Notes under the pieces: generated by a model
Told to the model about the DNA's origin: nothing
The model's database searches: none
Seen by the model: only the letters and a program-made list of their open reading frames with translations
Part shown: in pieces, positions 29,862 to 37,746 of the stretch
Layout: each line of letters begins with the position of its first letter
Numbering within the stretch: the stretch's first letter is position 1
Program-made: the position numbers and the translations under genes
Assembly (NCBI GenBank): GCA_001563995.1
Contig: LKMV01000001.1
Coordinates: 1-49,177 of the forward strand
Length of the DNA stretch: 49,177 nucleotides
From: Nanohaloarchaea archaeon PL-Br10_U2g16
GTDB taxonomy: Archaea > Nanohalarchaeota > Nanosalinia > Nanosalinales > Nanosalinaceae
Reading direction: 5' to 3'

Positions 29862-30563
29862 TTAAGCTGCGGAACTACCCGGTGCCGGATCTATGGTTAC
29901 CGGCGGAACGCTTTCCTGCATGTCCTCTATCTCTTCATCACTGTACTCTCCAAGCACCAGTAATATCTTATCCTGGTCTGTGAACTCCAACTCCCGTATA
30001 TCTATCTCCGCCCATCCTTCATGGCCATCAGCATCGCCATGGTTGTGAAAAAGCCTAACTTCGCCTTCATGTCGTTCATCAGGTGTCTCTATGTATTCTT
30101 CACCATAGTCAAGATCGATTGTATTAAGGAACTGCTGGAACGTCATCCCTCTTCTGTGTGAATGGATCTGGTTGTCTGCATCGTGCAGATGTATCTCTTG
30201 TACCCTTTCAAGATATCTAGGGTCGTCAAACTGGTATCTATCGCCGTCAATATATAAATCGAAGGTGGCATGGTAATGTCCTGTTGTTTCCTCAAAATCA
30301 GGTCCGTCTAACAGACCTGCAGAGACTGCACCGTAACCTATTCCGACTAAAAGTACTACTATGCCTGCTGTACCTGCAACAGCCATTATCTTGTTCTTTT
30401 GTTCTTCCTTAGCTCGTCTCTTTCTTTCATCCTTATCCCTTTTTGCTTTTTTGGCTTTATCTTTTTCGTGTGAGGTTATCTCATCTGCATGTTCCTCCAT
30501 CCAGTGAATATGGAGCTGCTCCTCGTCCTCAAACTCTTCCTCACAGTAGTCACAGTTCTTCAT
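29862..30563 (-). CDS. C2H2-like zinc-finger / single-TM / His-Asp-rich extracytoplasmic domain protein
   Basis: N-terminus CDYCEEEFEDEEQLHIHWMEEH (C-x2-C...H-x-H), a Lys/Arg-rich linker, one TM (IMAVAGTAGIVVLLVGIGYGAV), then a His/Asp-rich domain (HYHATFDLYIDGD...HLHDADNQIHSHRRG...FHNHGDADGHEGW). Confidence 0.55.
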   Translation of the reverse strand: MKNCDYCEEEFEDEEQLHIHWMEEHADEITSHEKDKAKKAKRDKDERKRRAKEEQKNKIMAVAGTAGIVVLLVGIGYGAVSAGLLDGPDFEETTGHYHATFDLYIDGDRYQFDDPRYLERVQEIHLHDADNQIHSHRRGMTFQQFLNTIDLDYGEEYIETPDERHEGEVRLFHNHGDADGHEGWAEIDIRELEFTDQDKILLVLGEYSDEEIEDMQESVPPVTIDPAPGSSAA

Positions 30564-30657
30564 ATCAGATGAATATACCTTGCAAAATATAAAGACAGGT
30601 ACTTAGCCAGGCCGGAGCAACAAAAAATGTACCACAACCATCAAAAGCCTTTTCAGA

Positions 30658-30900
30658 GTGGAGACCGTGAACTATACTGAGGTGAACAACTTGAACATAG
30701 CTAAGATCCTAGGGGATCTTGTAGAGAACGTGATCGCCGTAATAGTGATGCTTATCTTTGCAATTCTGTCCTTCTTTGTAGTAGTATTTGTAGTAAACAC
30801 AGGGGCAGGTCTTGCAGAAGTACAGGCAGATGGAGAGTTTGTGATACTGTCTGCATCGATCATTGTAGCAGCAACAATTCTAGCTGGATTGATGAAGTAA
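30658..30900 (+). CDS. Small membrane protein (80 aa)
   Basis: ORF with two hydrophobic helices. It is antisense to another ORF of equal length, so the strand call is uncertain. Confidence 0.4.
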   Translation: METVNYTEVNNLNIAKILGDLVENVIAVIVMLIFAILSFFVVVFVVNTGAGLAEVQADGEFVILSASIIVAATILAGLMK

Positions 30901-30994
30901 CCAGCAACCATTTCTTTCCTTTTTTTATACAGTTCTTTGCATCGGAAGAACCCCTAGAACAGTTAAATATGTCAAAAACAGAACCAAACATGTT

Positions 30995-31861
30995 ATGGTT
31001 ACAGGAACCGGAGAAAAGTTGATCGGAAAGATCGACCATAGACATATTCTCACCGCAGGACTCGGTGTCTTAATGGCATCCTACCTTGCGGTCTACCTGA
31101 TAGATATAAGAAACATATTCGGACTTAGATCCTTATTCTCAGAGTTTACTGTCCCCGTGGTCTGGGACTTCTTATTTAGAGAGAGCGGGCTAATCGAGGT
31201 TTTCCAGTGGACTTTCCTCGGTGTTTTTGGAATAACTTCCGCATATATAGCGGGCAATCTGAAGAACAAGGATGGAATGGTGCGTCAAAAGAAGTTTTGG
31301 TCGCTTTTCGCGGTTGCAGGAATGCTTATGCTGATAGAGGATGTTGGAAACGTCAGACATTTCCTTTTCAGGTGGCATATTGCCCTTGACTGGAACACAT
31401 TAAACACGTTAGAAACATTATACTTTGGTTTGATCGCAGCAGTACCAGGTTACGCTGTTCTACGTTACGGCAAAGATATTGCGATCGATAAAAGAATTGT
31501 ACTGATGATCGTAGCCGGATTTCTATTCTACGGGACCGCTGTTTTTATCTCAGGCCCTGCAGACATCACAGATGTGAACCAACGGATCGGCGGAACGCTA
31601 TACGATTTCAAGGTATCTCTAGGTGGCGATGAGCTAAGAGAGCTGTACGAAAAAGGAGATGAAAACATCAGAGCCCAAGAGGAAGCTGAAGGGGTAGAGA
31701 TGATGGACGTACGGTATAGAATAAAAGATTATCTAGTCGAGGAGAGTCTAGAGCTTCTAGGAGTTACATTCTTGCTAGCCTCATCCTTCTACTATAACAG
31801 AGCCATGAGAGAAGGAAGAGATATGGATAGAATCCGATCGGACCGGATCCCCTGGATTTAG
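30995..31861 (+). CDS. Polytopic membrane protein, unknown function
   Basis: 288 aa with about 6 TM helices and an acidic cytoplasmic C-terminus. Confidence 0.55.
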   Translation: MVTGTGEKLIGKIDHRHILTAGLGVLMASYLAVYLIDIRNIFGLRSLFSEFTVPVVWDFLFRESGLIEVFQWTFLGVFGITSAYIAGNLKNKDGMVRQKKFWSLFAVAGMLMLIEDVGNVRHFLFRWHIALDWNTLNTLETLYFGLIAAVPGYAVLRYGKDIAIDKRIVLMIVAGFLFYGTAVFISGPADITDVNQRIGGTLYDFKVSLGGDELRELYEKGDENIRAQEEAEGVEMMDVRYRIKDYLVEESLELLGVTFLLASSFYYNRAMREGRDMDRIRSDRIPWI

Positions 31862-31863
31862 GT

Positions 31864-32835
31864 TTAACTCTGATCGTCGAATCTTCCAAAGACATTGTAG
31901 ACCCACTGGAATACAAAGCTCTGTACAGGTATCTGTATCGTTATCCAGATTATGATAGCAAGTACTAAACCAACCACTCCGACTATAATGCCCAGCGGCA
32001 GGAAGATTATACCAAGTATTATCCCTACTATCAACAGAGGTATTCCTACTATTAAAAGTGCTATAAGATAAACAATACCGGCCGCTATCGATGCAGCGAT
32101 ACCAACAAATATCTTCAGCACAATAAATACTCCTGTCTGCTTCCATTCATTTCGTGCATACCCAATACCGTTCCTCACAGCCTGTAAAAAGGATGTATTA
32201 TTTGAAACAATATCCGGTAACGCAAAGTTTCTTACGACAAAGCTTAGAAGCCATAAACCGATCCAGAGAGGGATCATCGCGAGAATAACCAGTGCTCCCT
32301 GCCAGGAAAACCTGATTACAGATGCAACTATTACACCAAAGCTAGCAATCCAGGTAAGGAGAACCGCCACGTTAAACAAGAAGTATTTGAAGCCGTTTCC
32401 GTAATGTAGTGATAAACCTCTCCTTATCTCAGGCTTCCTGTCCTTAAAGGCTTGGAAAAATATGAACTCGAAAACCGCGCTTAGGTATGTAAACAGGAAG
32501 ATCACAGCTGCGATACCTGCCACAGCTACAAACATTAACCCGGATGCCGTTATTCCTAACTCAGACATATCCTGCCTTATCTCATCCAAAAGGCTGGAAT
32601 CAAACTCTTCATCGGCATCAATACCATCTCCAATAGAGCCGAAATCTGAAAATCCTGTAGATGTTCCTCCACCTACAAACAAAACTATTAGACCTACCCT
32701 CAACCAGGTACCTAGATCGAAAGGTAGAAGGAAATCTTTTGTATCTTCGAAAGAACTTTCCAGCTCATCTACAGAGTACCAGCTCATGCCATAATTATGA
32801 AAACCCATCTTTAAATAATAAGTTATATAGTTCAA
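31864..32835 (-). CDS. Polytopic membrane protein, unknown function (Gly/Ile-rich helices)
   Basis: 323 aa with several TM helices including GIVYLIALLIVGIPLLIVGIILGIIFLPLGIIVGVVGLVLAIIIW. Confidence 0.55.
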   Translation of the reverse strand: MNYITYYLKMGFHNYGMSWYSVDELESSFEDTKDFLLPFDLGTWLRVGLIVLFVGGGTSTGFSDFGSIGDGIDADEEFDSSLLDEIRQDMSELGITASGLMFVAVAGIAAVIFLFTYLSAVFEFIFFQAFKDRKPEIRRGLSLHYGNGFKYFLFNVAVLLTWIASFGVIVASVIRFSWQGALVILAMIPLWIGLWLLSFVVRNFALPDIVSNNTSFLQAVRNGIGYARNEWKQTGVFIVLKIFVGIAASIAAGIVYLIALLIVGIPLLIVGIILGIIFLPLGIIVGVVGLVLAIIIWITIQIPVQSFVFQWVYNVFGRFDDQS

Positions 32836-32903
32836 AACAGGACTACAAGAGTTGGTTAAAAATCTCTATGACCTCCAGAGCTTTATCTTAATCTTTCCAA
32901 GCT

Positions 32904-34622
32904 TTAAACCAGAAGACCGGCCGCCAGTACCAGTATACCTAACGTAAGGATTACTGCACCGGTTATTAATCCATGGATATGTACCCAGCTGTTAGTGGAA
33001 CTAGTTTCAGAACTTAGGCTTCTCAGCCCTATCCATGGCATGGTGCCTCTAAGGAACCATCCTTTCGCCTCCACCGCTTGGTCGATAAACTTCTCTGCAT
33101 GTCTCCAGCCGAACCAAAAGTTGCCAAGCACAGGTACTATCGACTGGTATCTGAGATGCATTATTCCTGTCTGATCCTTAAACATCAAGTCGGAGCCAAA
33201 CCTGTAACCGGCTCTTCCCCTTCCGATAATCTCTCCCGAAAGTTTTGCCTTGGAAGCCCTTACAGGCGAAGCATAGATATCAGCCAGCAGATCTATCACA
33301 TTTTTCTTTTCAGCACTGCCTTTAAGAGGATACTTGTAAACAGTCTTCATCATTTTTCCTCCTCCGAGTACGGATATCCACAGACCTGCAACCGCTATAT
33401 GTGCCGAGGGAGCTGTTCCTGTGTAAAGACCTGCCAGGTAAGCTAGCGGTATTGCCGTTAAAAGTAGCTTTGGCAAAGATACCACTGCTATATCCTGGAA
33501 GAAGTTTCTGTAAAGCCTTCCTGTATCAACATCGAACTTTCTCTTCAGCTGTTCAAAGTCGAACATCGGATCGGAGCTTCTGCTACATAGATGTTTCACC
33601 CTTTTACCTGTCAGAGGATGGGTCGACTTAAGCTCCAGCAGCTTTGCCCACGGATTCTTGATATCGAAAAGGAACGCTTTTGCCAGAGGATCCCAGTCCT
33701 GAAGGTTAGATGCATTGTAGTAAACCGCACCCGTTTCCTCGCCTTGCTCCATGTTCATCACGCCCATACTTTCCGTGGCCTTCATCAGATCATTGTTGTC
33801 AGGGCTGTCCATAATGCCGTAAGATATCTTGATCAACGCGGAGGAAAGATAGTTAGGCTCAGTATGTTCTCCGGCAAACTTATCGGCGTAGTACTCCCTT
33901 ACTCTGGAAAGGTAGTATACAAGGTACTTACCGGCGATATAAAAGACGTAAGATAGTACTGCAAAGCCGAATAAAGCTAGTTTCCTTCTTCCATCGCCTC
34001 CACCTCTGGCAGCTGTCCTGTAAAGCCTTACAGCTATCAGGTACAGCAACTGGACGATAGTATTTGCAATAGTCATTATGATGAAGTCTCTGTTTGTGAC
34101 ATGGCCGAGCTCATGTGCGTAGACGGACGCAGCTTCATTATCATCGAGATATTCGAAAAGACCTTCCGTCACAAGTATCCTTGCATTCCAGCGGTCAGAC
34201 CCGTATGTGAAGGCCTGGGGATTGGAGTCCTGTATAATTCCAAGCTTTGGAGTCTTGTAATCATACTTCTCCGTAACCTCTTCAATCACCTCAGCAGACT
34301 CCGGGCTGATCTGTTTCAGCTCTTCAAGGTCAATCCATTTCGTATCGTAAAACCAGCTATAAGTGATATCTGAAATCTTCGGGCTGACAAGCCACATTAT
34401 AATATTGAACAGAACCACCAGACCAACAATTAGATAAAAATCAAACGCCTGGAAGAAAACCGCTAAACCTGCCAGTATTGCAAACAGGAATGATCCAAGA
34501 AGTCCTAGGGTAAAAGTGGAAGCAATCGCCAGCCTCATAAATAATATTATGGCAGATGTTTTGAATTTATTAACCTTACTCTCACCAGGATGAAGATCAT
34601 TATTTTTCAGGGCCTTGACCAA
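32904..34622 (-). CDS. M48 family zinc metallopeptidase (HtpX/Ste24-like), extended membrane form
   Basis: HEXXH as VYAHELGHVTNRDF, N-terminal TM helices and additional C-terminal TM helices. At 572 aa it is longer than typical HtpX. Confidence 0.8.
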   Translation of the reverse strand: MVKALKNNDLHPGESKVNKFKTSAIILFMRLAIASTFTLGLLGSFLFAILAGLAVFFQAFDFYLIVGLVVLFNIIMWLVSPKISDITYSWFYDTKWIDLEELKQISPESAEVIEEVTEKYDYKTPKLGIIQDSNPQAFTYGSDRWNARILVTEGLFEYLDDNEAASVYAHELGHVTNRDFIIMTIANTIVQLLYLIAVRLYRTAARGGGDGRRKLALFGFAVLSYVFYIAGKYLVYYLSRVREYYADKFAGEHTEPNYLSSALIKISYGIMDSPDNNDLMKATESMGVMNMEQGEETGAVYYNASNLQDWDPLAKAFLFDIKNPWAKLLELKSTHPLTGKRVKHLCSRSSDPMFDFEQLKRKFDVDTGRLYRNFFQDIAVVSLPKLLLTAIPLAYLAGLYTGTAPSAHIAVAGLWISVLGGGKMMKTVYKYPLKGSAEKKNVIDLLADIYASPVRASKAKLSGEIIGRGRAGYRFGSDLMFKDQTGIMHLRYQSIVPVLGNFWFGWRHAEKFIDQAVEAKGWFLRGTMPWIGLRSLSSETSSTNSWVHIHGLITGAVILTLGILVLAAGLLV

Positions 34623-34852
34623 ATATGCATAATTTCATCGACCGAATAGTTACTACAAACTATAATAGTAGATATTCAGTTATTCCAACAGAATTAAGAA
34701 TGTTAATTCAACTTTAACAATGATAACTCTGATAGTTATCTGAGAAGGATAAAACGATGGATATGATATCGACATGATTCATGAGAATGTTTGACTATAG
34801 ATCAGCACGATGATTATCATCGACGATCATGGGATGTTAATTCGACTTTAAC

Positions 34853-34877
34853 AACCCCTTGGTTTCTTGTGGAAAAA
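34853..34877 (-). promoter_or_regulatory. ORB-like element C
   Basis: The reverse complement TTCCACAAGAAACCAAGGGGT fits the archaeal ORB pattern TTCCAnnnGAAAC plus G-string. Confidence 0.65.
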
Positions 34878-34916
34878 TCTTTACTGTTCGATTAAACAGG
34901 CTTAAAACGTCTCGGG

Positions 34917-34939
34917 ACACACCCTTGTTTCGTCTGGAA
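34917..34939 (-). promoter_or_regulatory. ORB-like element D
   Basis: The reverse complement TTCCAGACGAAACAAGGGTGTG fits the ORB pattern with G-string GGGTG. Confidence 0.6.
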
Positions 34940-35215
34940 CCGATTTTTGTATAACACGGTTATAATTATTCAAGTTTTTTCAACAATTATTCAAGTTTTT
35001 TCAACCGAGTTGAAAAGTTGAATTGAAAAACGGATATAAAAGGCTTATTAGGCTCTAACTAGCTTTTCAACATGTTGAATAATTTGTTGAATAGTTGAAA
35101 AAGTGTTGAAAAACCGTCTTAGGGCATCATTTCTAGGATATAGAGCCTCTAAGTCGATTCAACACCTGTCAACAATGTTGAATAAACGGTTGAAAAGTTG
35201 AAAACATGTTGAAAA

Positions 35216-36202
35216 ATGGGGAAAAACGGGAGTAGAGGATTTTTATATTCAGAGGGACAATATCTGTCTGTAGGCATGGGATTTTTCAGCCGGATGGCAT
35301 TCTGGAAGAATAATGGAAACGATCAGGATAGAGATATGAACAATGGTAGGAATGTGAGTAATCCTGAGTTTGTGAATAGAGACTCTGATCAGGATCATTC
35401 AGTCCAGAAAAATAACCAGCCGCACAGAGAGACGGTTTCCCATAGATCCACCACCGATAACCCTCCCTCTGAGAAAGAGATTGGCCAGACAAAACAGGAG
35501 CTAAAGGAATTAAGAAACTTCACAATGGATAAGATGGATTCAGTGGCGGATGAGTTCGAGCAGATAAGGATGGAGGTCCAGGGCGTGAGGGATCAGAACA
35601 CCAAAGTCCAGGGAAAAATGTTCAATACTGTAGAAAAAGCGGTTAACAGGATTGACAAGCTAGAGAACAAGATAGATTCTCTCGAAAACAAAATAAATAA
35701 AACTAAAAATAGGGAAGAAGAAACCAAAAAGCTTGAAGGGCTAGAAGGAAAGATAGAATCTGTGGAAAAAACTCTTAAGTCCGAGATCAAACGTCTAGAT
35801 AAACAGAAGGTCGACGGACAGGACATAGTTAACATAAACATGTCTCAGGACGGCGGAAACAGCCAAAAACAGAGTAAAGATGCTAAAGTAGAATCAAAAA
35901 CTCAGAAAGAAGAGTTAAGAAGTAAGAGAAATAGTTCCAATAGTGATATAAGAAGTACACAGGATTTGAACCTGAAAAACTTAACCAAAAAGGAACAAGC
36001 AAAGATTAGAATCTTGGAAATGTTGAGAGAAGGGAAAGGAAAGACAGAGATAAGAGACAGTGTCGAGGGAGATATCTGTTCCAGAGAGTGGTTCTACAAG
36101 GCATGGGACGAGCTGGAGAGGCAAGAAGCCTACATAACCGGAAAGGGAGAAGCTTTAATACACCCTGAAGATTACAAGGAAGAAATAGTATCAAGAAATT
36201 AA
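35216..36202 (+). CDS. Coiled-coil protein with low-complexity N-terminus and C-terminal winged-helix-like domain
   Basis: Central heptad-rich region (ELKELRNF...NRIDKLENKIDSLENKINKTKNREEETKKLEGLEGKIESVEKTLKSEIKRLDKQ). C-terminus KEQAKIRILEMLREGKGKTEIRDSVEGDICSREWFYKAWDELERQEAYITGKGEALIHPED shows a helix-turn-helix-wing pattern. The start codon is uncertain, with alternative ATGs at 35276, 35296 and 35336. Confidence 0.55.
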   Translation: MGKNGSRGFLYSEGQYLSVGMGFFSRMAFWKNNGNDQDRDMNNGRNVSNPEFVNRDSDQDHSVQKNNQPHRETVSHRSTTDNPPSEKEIGQTKQELKELRNFTMDKMDSVADEFEQIRMEVQGVRDQNTKVQGKMFNTVEKAVNRIDKLENKIDSLENKINKTKNREEETKKLEGLEGKIESVEKTLKSEIKRLDKQKVDGQDIVNINMSQDGGNSQKQSKDAKVESKTQKEELRSKRNSSNSDIRSTQDLNLKNLTKKEQAKIRILEMLREGKGKTEIRDSVEGDICSREWFYKAWDELERQEAYITGKGEALIHPEDYKEEIVSRN

Positions 36203-37350
36203 CTTATTATCTTAGTTTTTTCTTCTAAATCATCTTTAGTCATCAACCAAATGCTTGAGGAATTAGCATTACCTTTTCTATCCATACCTACCAATATATC
36301 ACATCCTATATCTTCTGCTTTGCTTATCTTCTTATTGTCCAATTCTCCATCCATTAAAACAGCATAACCTTCTTCTACCTGCTCTATCTCATAGTCAAAG
36401 CTTTCAACAGGGAAACGTCTTTCAACATCCATCTCTGAGTTCATCACATAGACCGCTCTAGTTCCTATAAGATCCTCCATCTCTCCCTGAAACTTCTGTA
36501 TCTCTTCAGGAGTCAGCTCCTTGCTCTTTACCTCAGCAGTCTCTGTGTACTTCACAGGTTCCTTGTCTCTTAAAGCCTCATAAATTGTCTCTTTTCCTAG
36601 CTCCTCTACTTCCTTTTTATTAGGAGCTCTAGCCACATATTCAAGATCAATCTTACTTTTCATCTCTTTCAGTATCAGATCTCCTCCTCTGTCACCATCA
36701 AGAAATGCTGTCAGTTTCTTTTCCTCCGCAAGATCTACTAAATTATCCGGGACCGATGTCCCTCCTATACATACAGTATTCTTTACTCCTTTCTCCATCA
36801 AGTTCAGTATATCGGCTTTGCCTTCAACTATTACCACCTCTTCAGAGTTTTCTGCTTCAGGACCGGCTTTAAAGCCTATATAATCGGTTATCTCGGTAGT
36901 TCTTACCTCTTGCTTCACCTCATCAGTTATCTTAGCTGTCTCGGGTTTATCGTCCTGCATATCCTCTAGAAGCTGTTTTGCCCTCTTAACAATATAATCT
37001 CTCTTGGTTGTTCTCTGATCCTCTATCTCCCTGACTTTTATCTCTGCATTTGTAGGTCCTACCCTCTCAATAGTCTCAAGGGAAGCGCCTAAAAGTGCTG
37101 TTTCGGTTGAATCAAGCGAAGAAGGTATTTTGATAAATGCTTCAGAACATCCGTTACGGTCTTTAACCTTTACATCAATCCTGCCGACCTTGCCTCTTTC
37201 CTGAAGCTCTCTTAGATCTAGATCCTCTCCAAGAAGTCCTTCTGTCTGGCCGAAGATTGCTCCGACTACATCAGGCTTTTCTACCATGCCGTTAGACTCT
37301 AGCTTTGCTTTAACTACGTATTTTACCGAGTTCTGTGCTACTTTACCCAT
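36199..37350 (-). CDS. dnaG: Archaeal DnaG-type primase (Toprim domain)
   Basis: Toprim motifs VVIVEGKADILNL and FLDGDRGGDLI, with the overall architecture of archaeal DnaG. Confidence 0.85.
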   Translation of the reverse strand: MGKVAQNSVKYVVKAKLESNGMVEKPDVVGAIFGQTEGLLGEDLDLRELQERGKVGRIDVKVKDRNGCSEAFIKIPSSLDSTETALLGASLETIERVGPTNAEIKVREIEDQRTTKRDYIVKRAKQLLEDMQDDKPETAKITDEVKQEVRTTEITDYIGFKAGPEAENSEEVVIVEGKADILNLMEKGVKNTVCIGGTSVPDNLVDLAEEKKLTAFLDGDRGGDLILKEMKSKIDLEYVARAPNKKEVEELGKETIYEALRDKEPVKYTETAEVKSKELTPEEIQKFQGEMEDLIGTRAVYVMNSEMDVERRFPVESFDYEIEQVEEGYAVLMDGELDNKKISKAEDIGCDILVGMDRKGNANSSSIWLMTKDDLEEKTKIIS

Positions 37351-37594
37351 TGTAATCCTCTAATTTTTGTTTGAACTCTTGTTCAGTCATAGACAGCTTT
37401 AGTTTTTTCCTTCTTGATCTGTGGCCTGAAACTATAGCCGGCTTCTCATCCATTATTTGTTCTACCTTGTTTATTAGCTCTTTGTTTGCTCTGCCTTTTT
37501 CTGCCTCTGCTTCGAGGTAAAACTTAGGCATATACCCGTTTTCAACTTTGAAACGGTCTGAATCAGGTCTCACCTTTACGTTTATCCTCGACAT
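37343..37594 (-). CDS. DUF167 (YggU/UPF0235) family protein
   Basis: INVKVRPDSDRFKV...YLEAEAEKGRANKELINKVEQIM...AIVSGHRSRRKKLKL matches the DUF167 pattern. Confidence 0.7.
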   Translation of the reverse strand: MSRINVKVRPDSDRFKVENGYMPKFYLEAEAEKGRANKELINKVEQIMDEKPAIVSGHRSRRKKLKLSMTEQEFKQKLEDYNG

Positions 37595-37746
37595 TGTATC
37601 AAAAATAGGTAATTTGGCTGCCCTGTAACACAGGCGGTCATATCCCGTCCCTTAAGGTCGCGCCTGCTGACTGATGGGCAGCCTACTAAACGATTATTGA
37701 GGTGGTACAGATAAAAAGGTATTGAAGCTTCAGAAGTTAAACCGAA

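Larger units (their letters stand above)
34623..35215. other. Repeat-dense intergenic region with two ORB-like elements: candidate second replication origin or iteron-like control region
   Basis: ORB-like boxes at 34853-34877 (AACCCCTTGGTTTCTTGTGGAAAAA) and 34917-34939 (ACACACCCTTGTTTCGTCTGGAA) share the consensus ACCCCTTGGTTTCnnnTGGAA with the three boxes upstream of orc1. Also present: a perfect 21-bp tandem repeat AATTATTCAAGTTTTTTCAAC (34964-34984 and 34985-35005); at least 10 copies of GTTGAA[AT]A; the palindrome TTCAACATGTTGAA (35067-35080); and the direct repeat ATGTTAATTC[A/G]ACTTTAACAA (34699-34720 and 34834-34854). Confidence 0.65.

Noticed and set aside
30672-30911. 79-aa minus-strand ORF antisense to the 80-aa small membrane protein ORF
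   Set aside because: The plus-strand frame encodes two clean hydrophobic helices, whereas the minus frame gives Thr/Ile/Ala low-complexity sequence. The plus strand is preferred, but neither is strongly supported.
34964-35215. Possible CRISPR array suggested by the short tandem repeats
   Set aside because: The repeats are 8-21 bp, directly abutting or irregularly spaced, with no unique spacers of uniform length and no cas genes nearby.
37616-37683. C/D-box sRNA interpretation of the 68-nt stem-enclosed element
   Set aside because: CUGA is present near the 3' side, but there is no RUGAUGA C box near the 5' side on either strand. It is kept only as a generic structured-RNA candidate.
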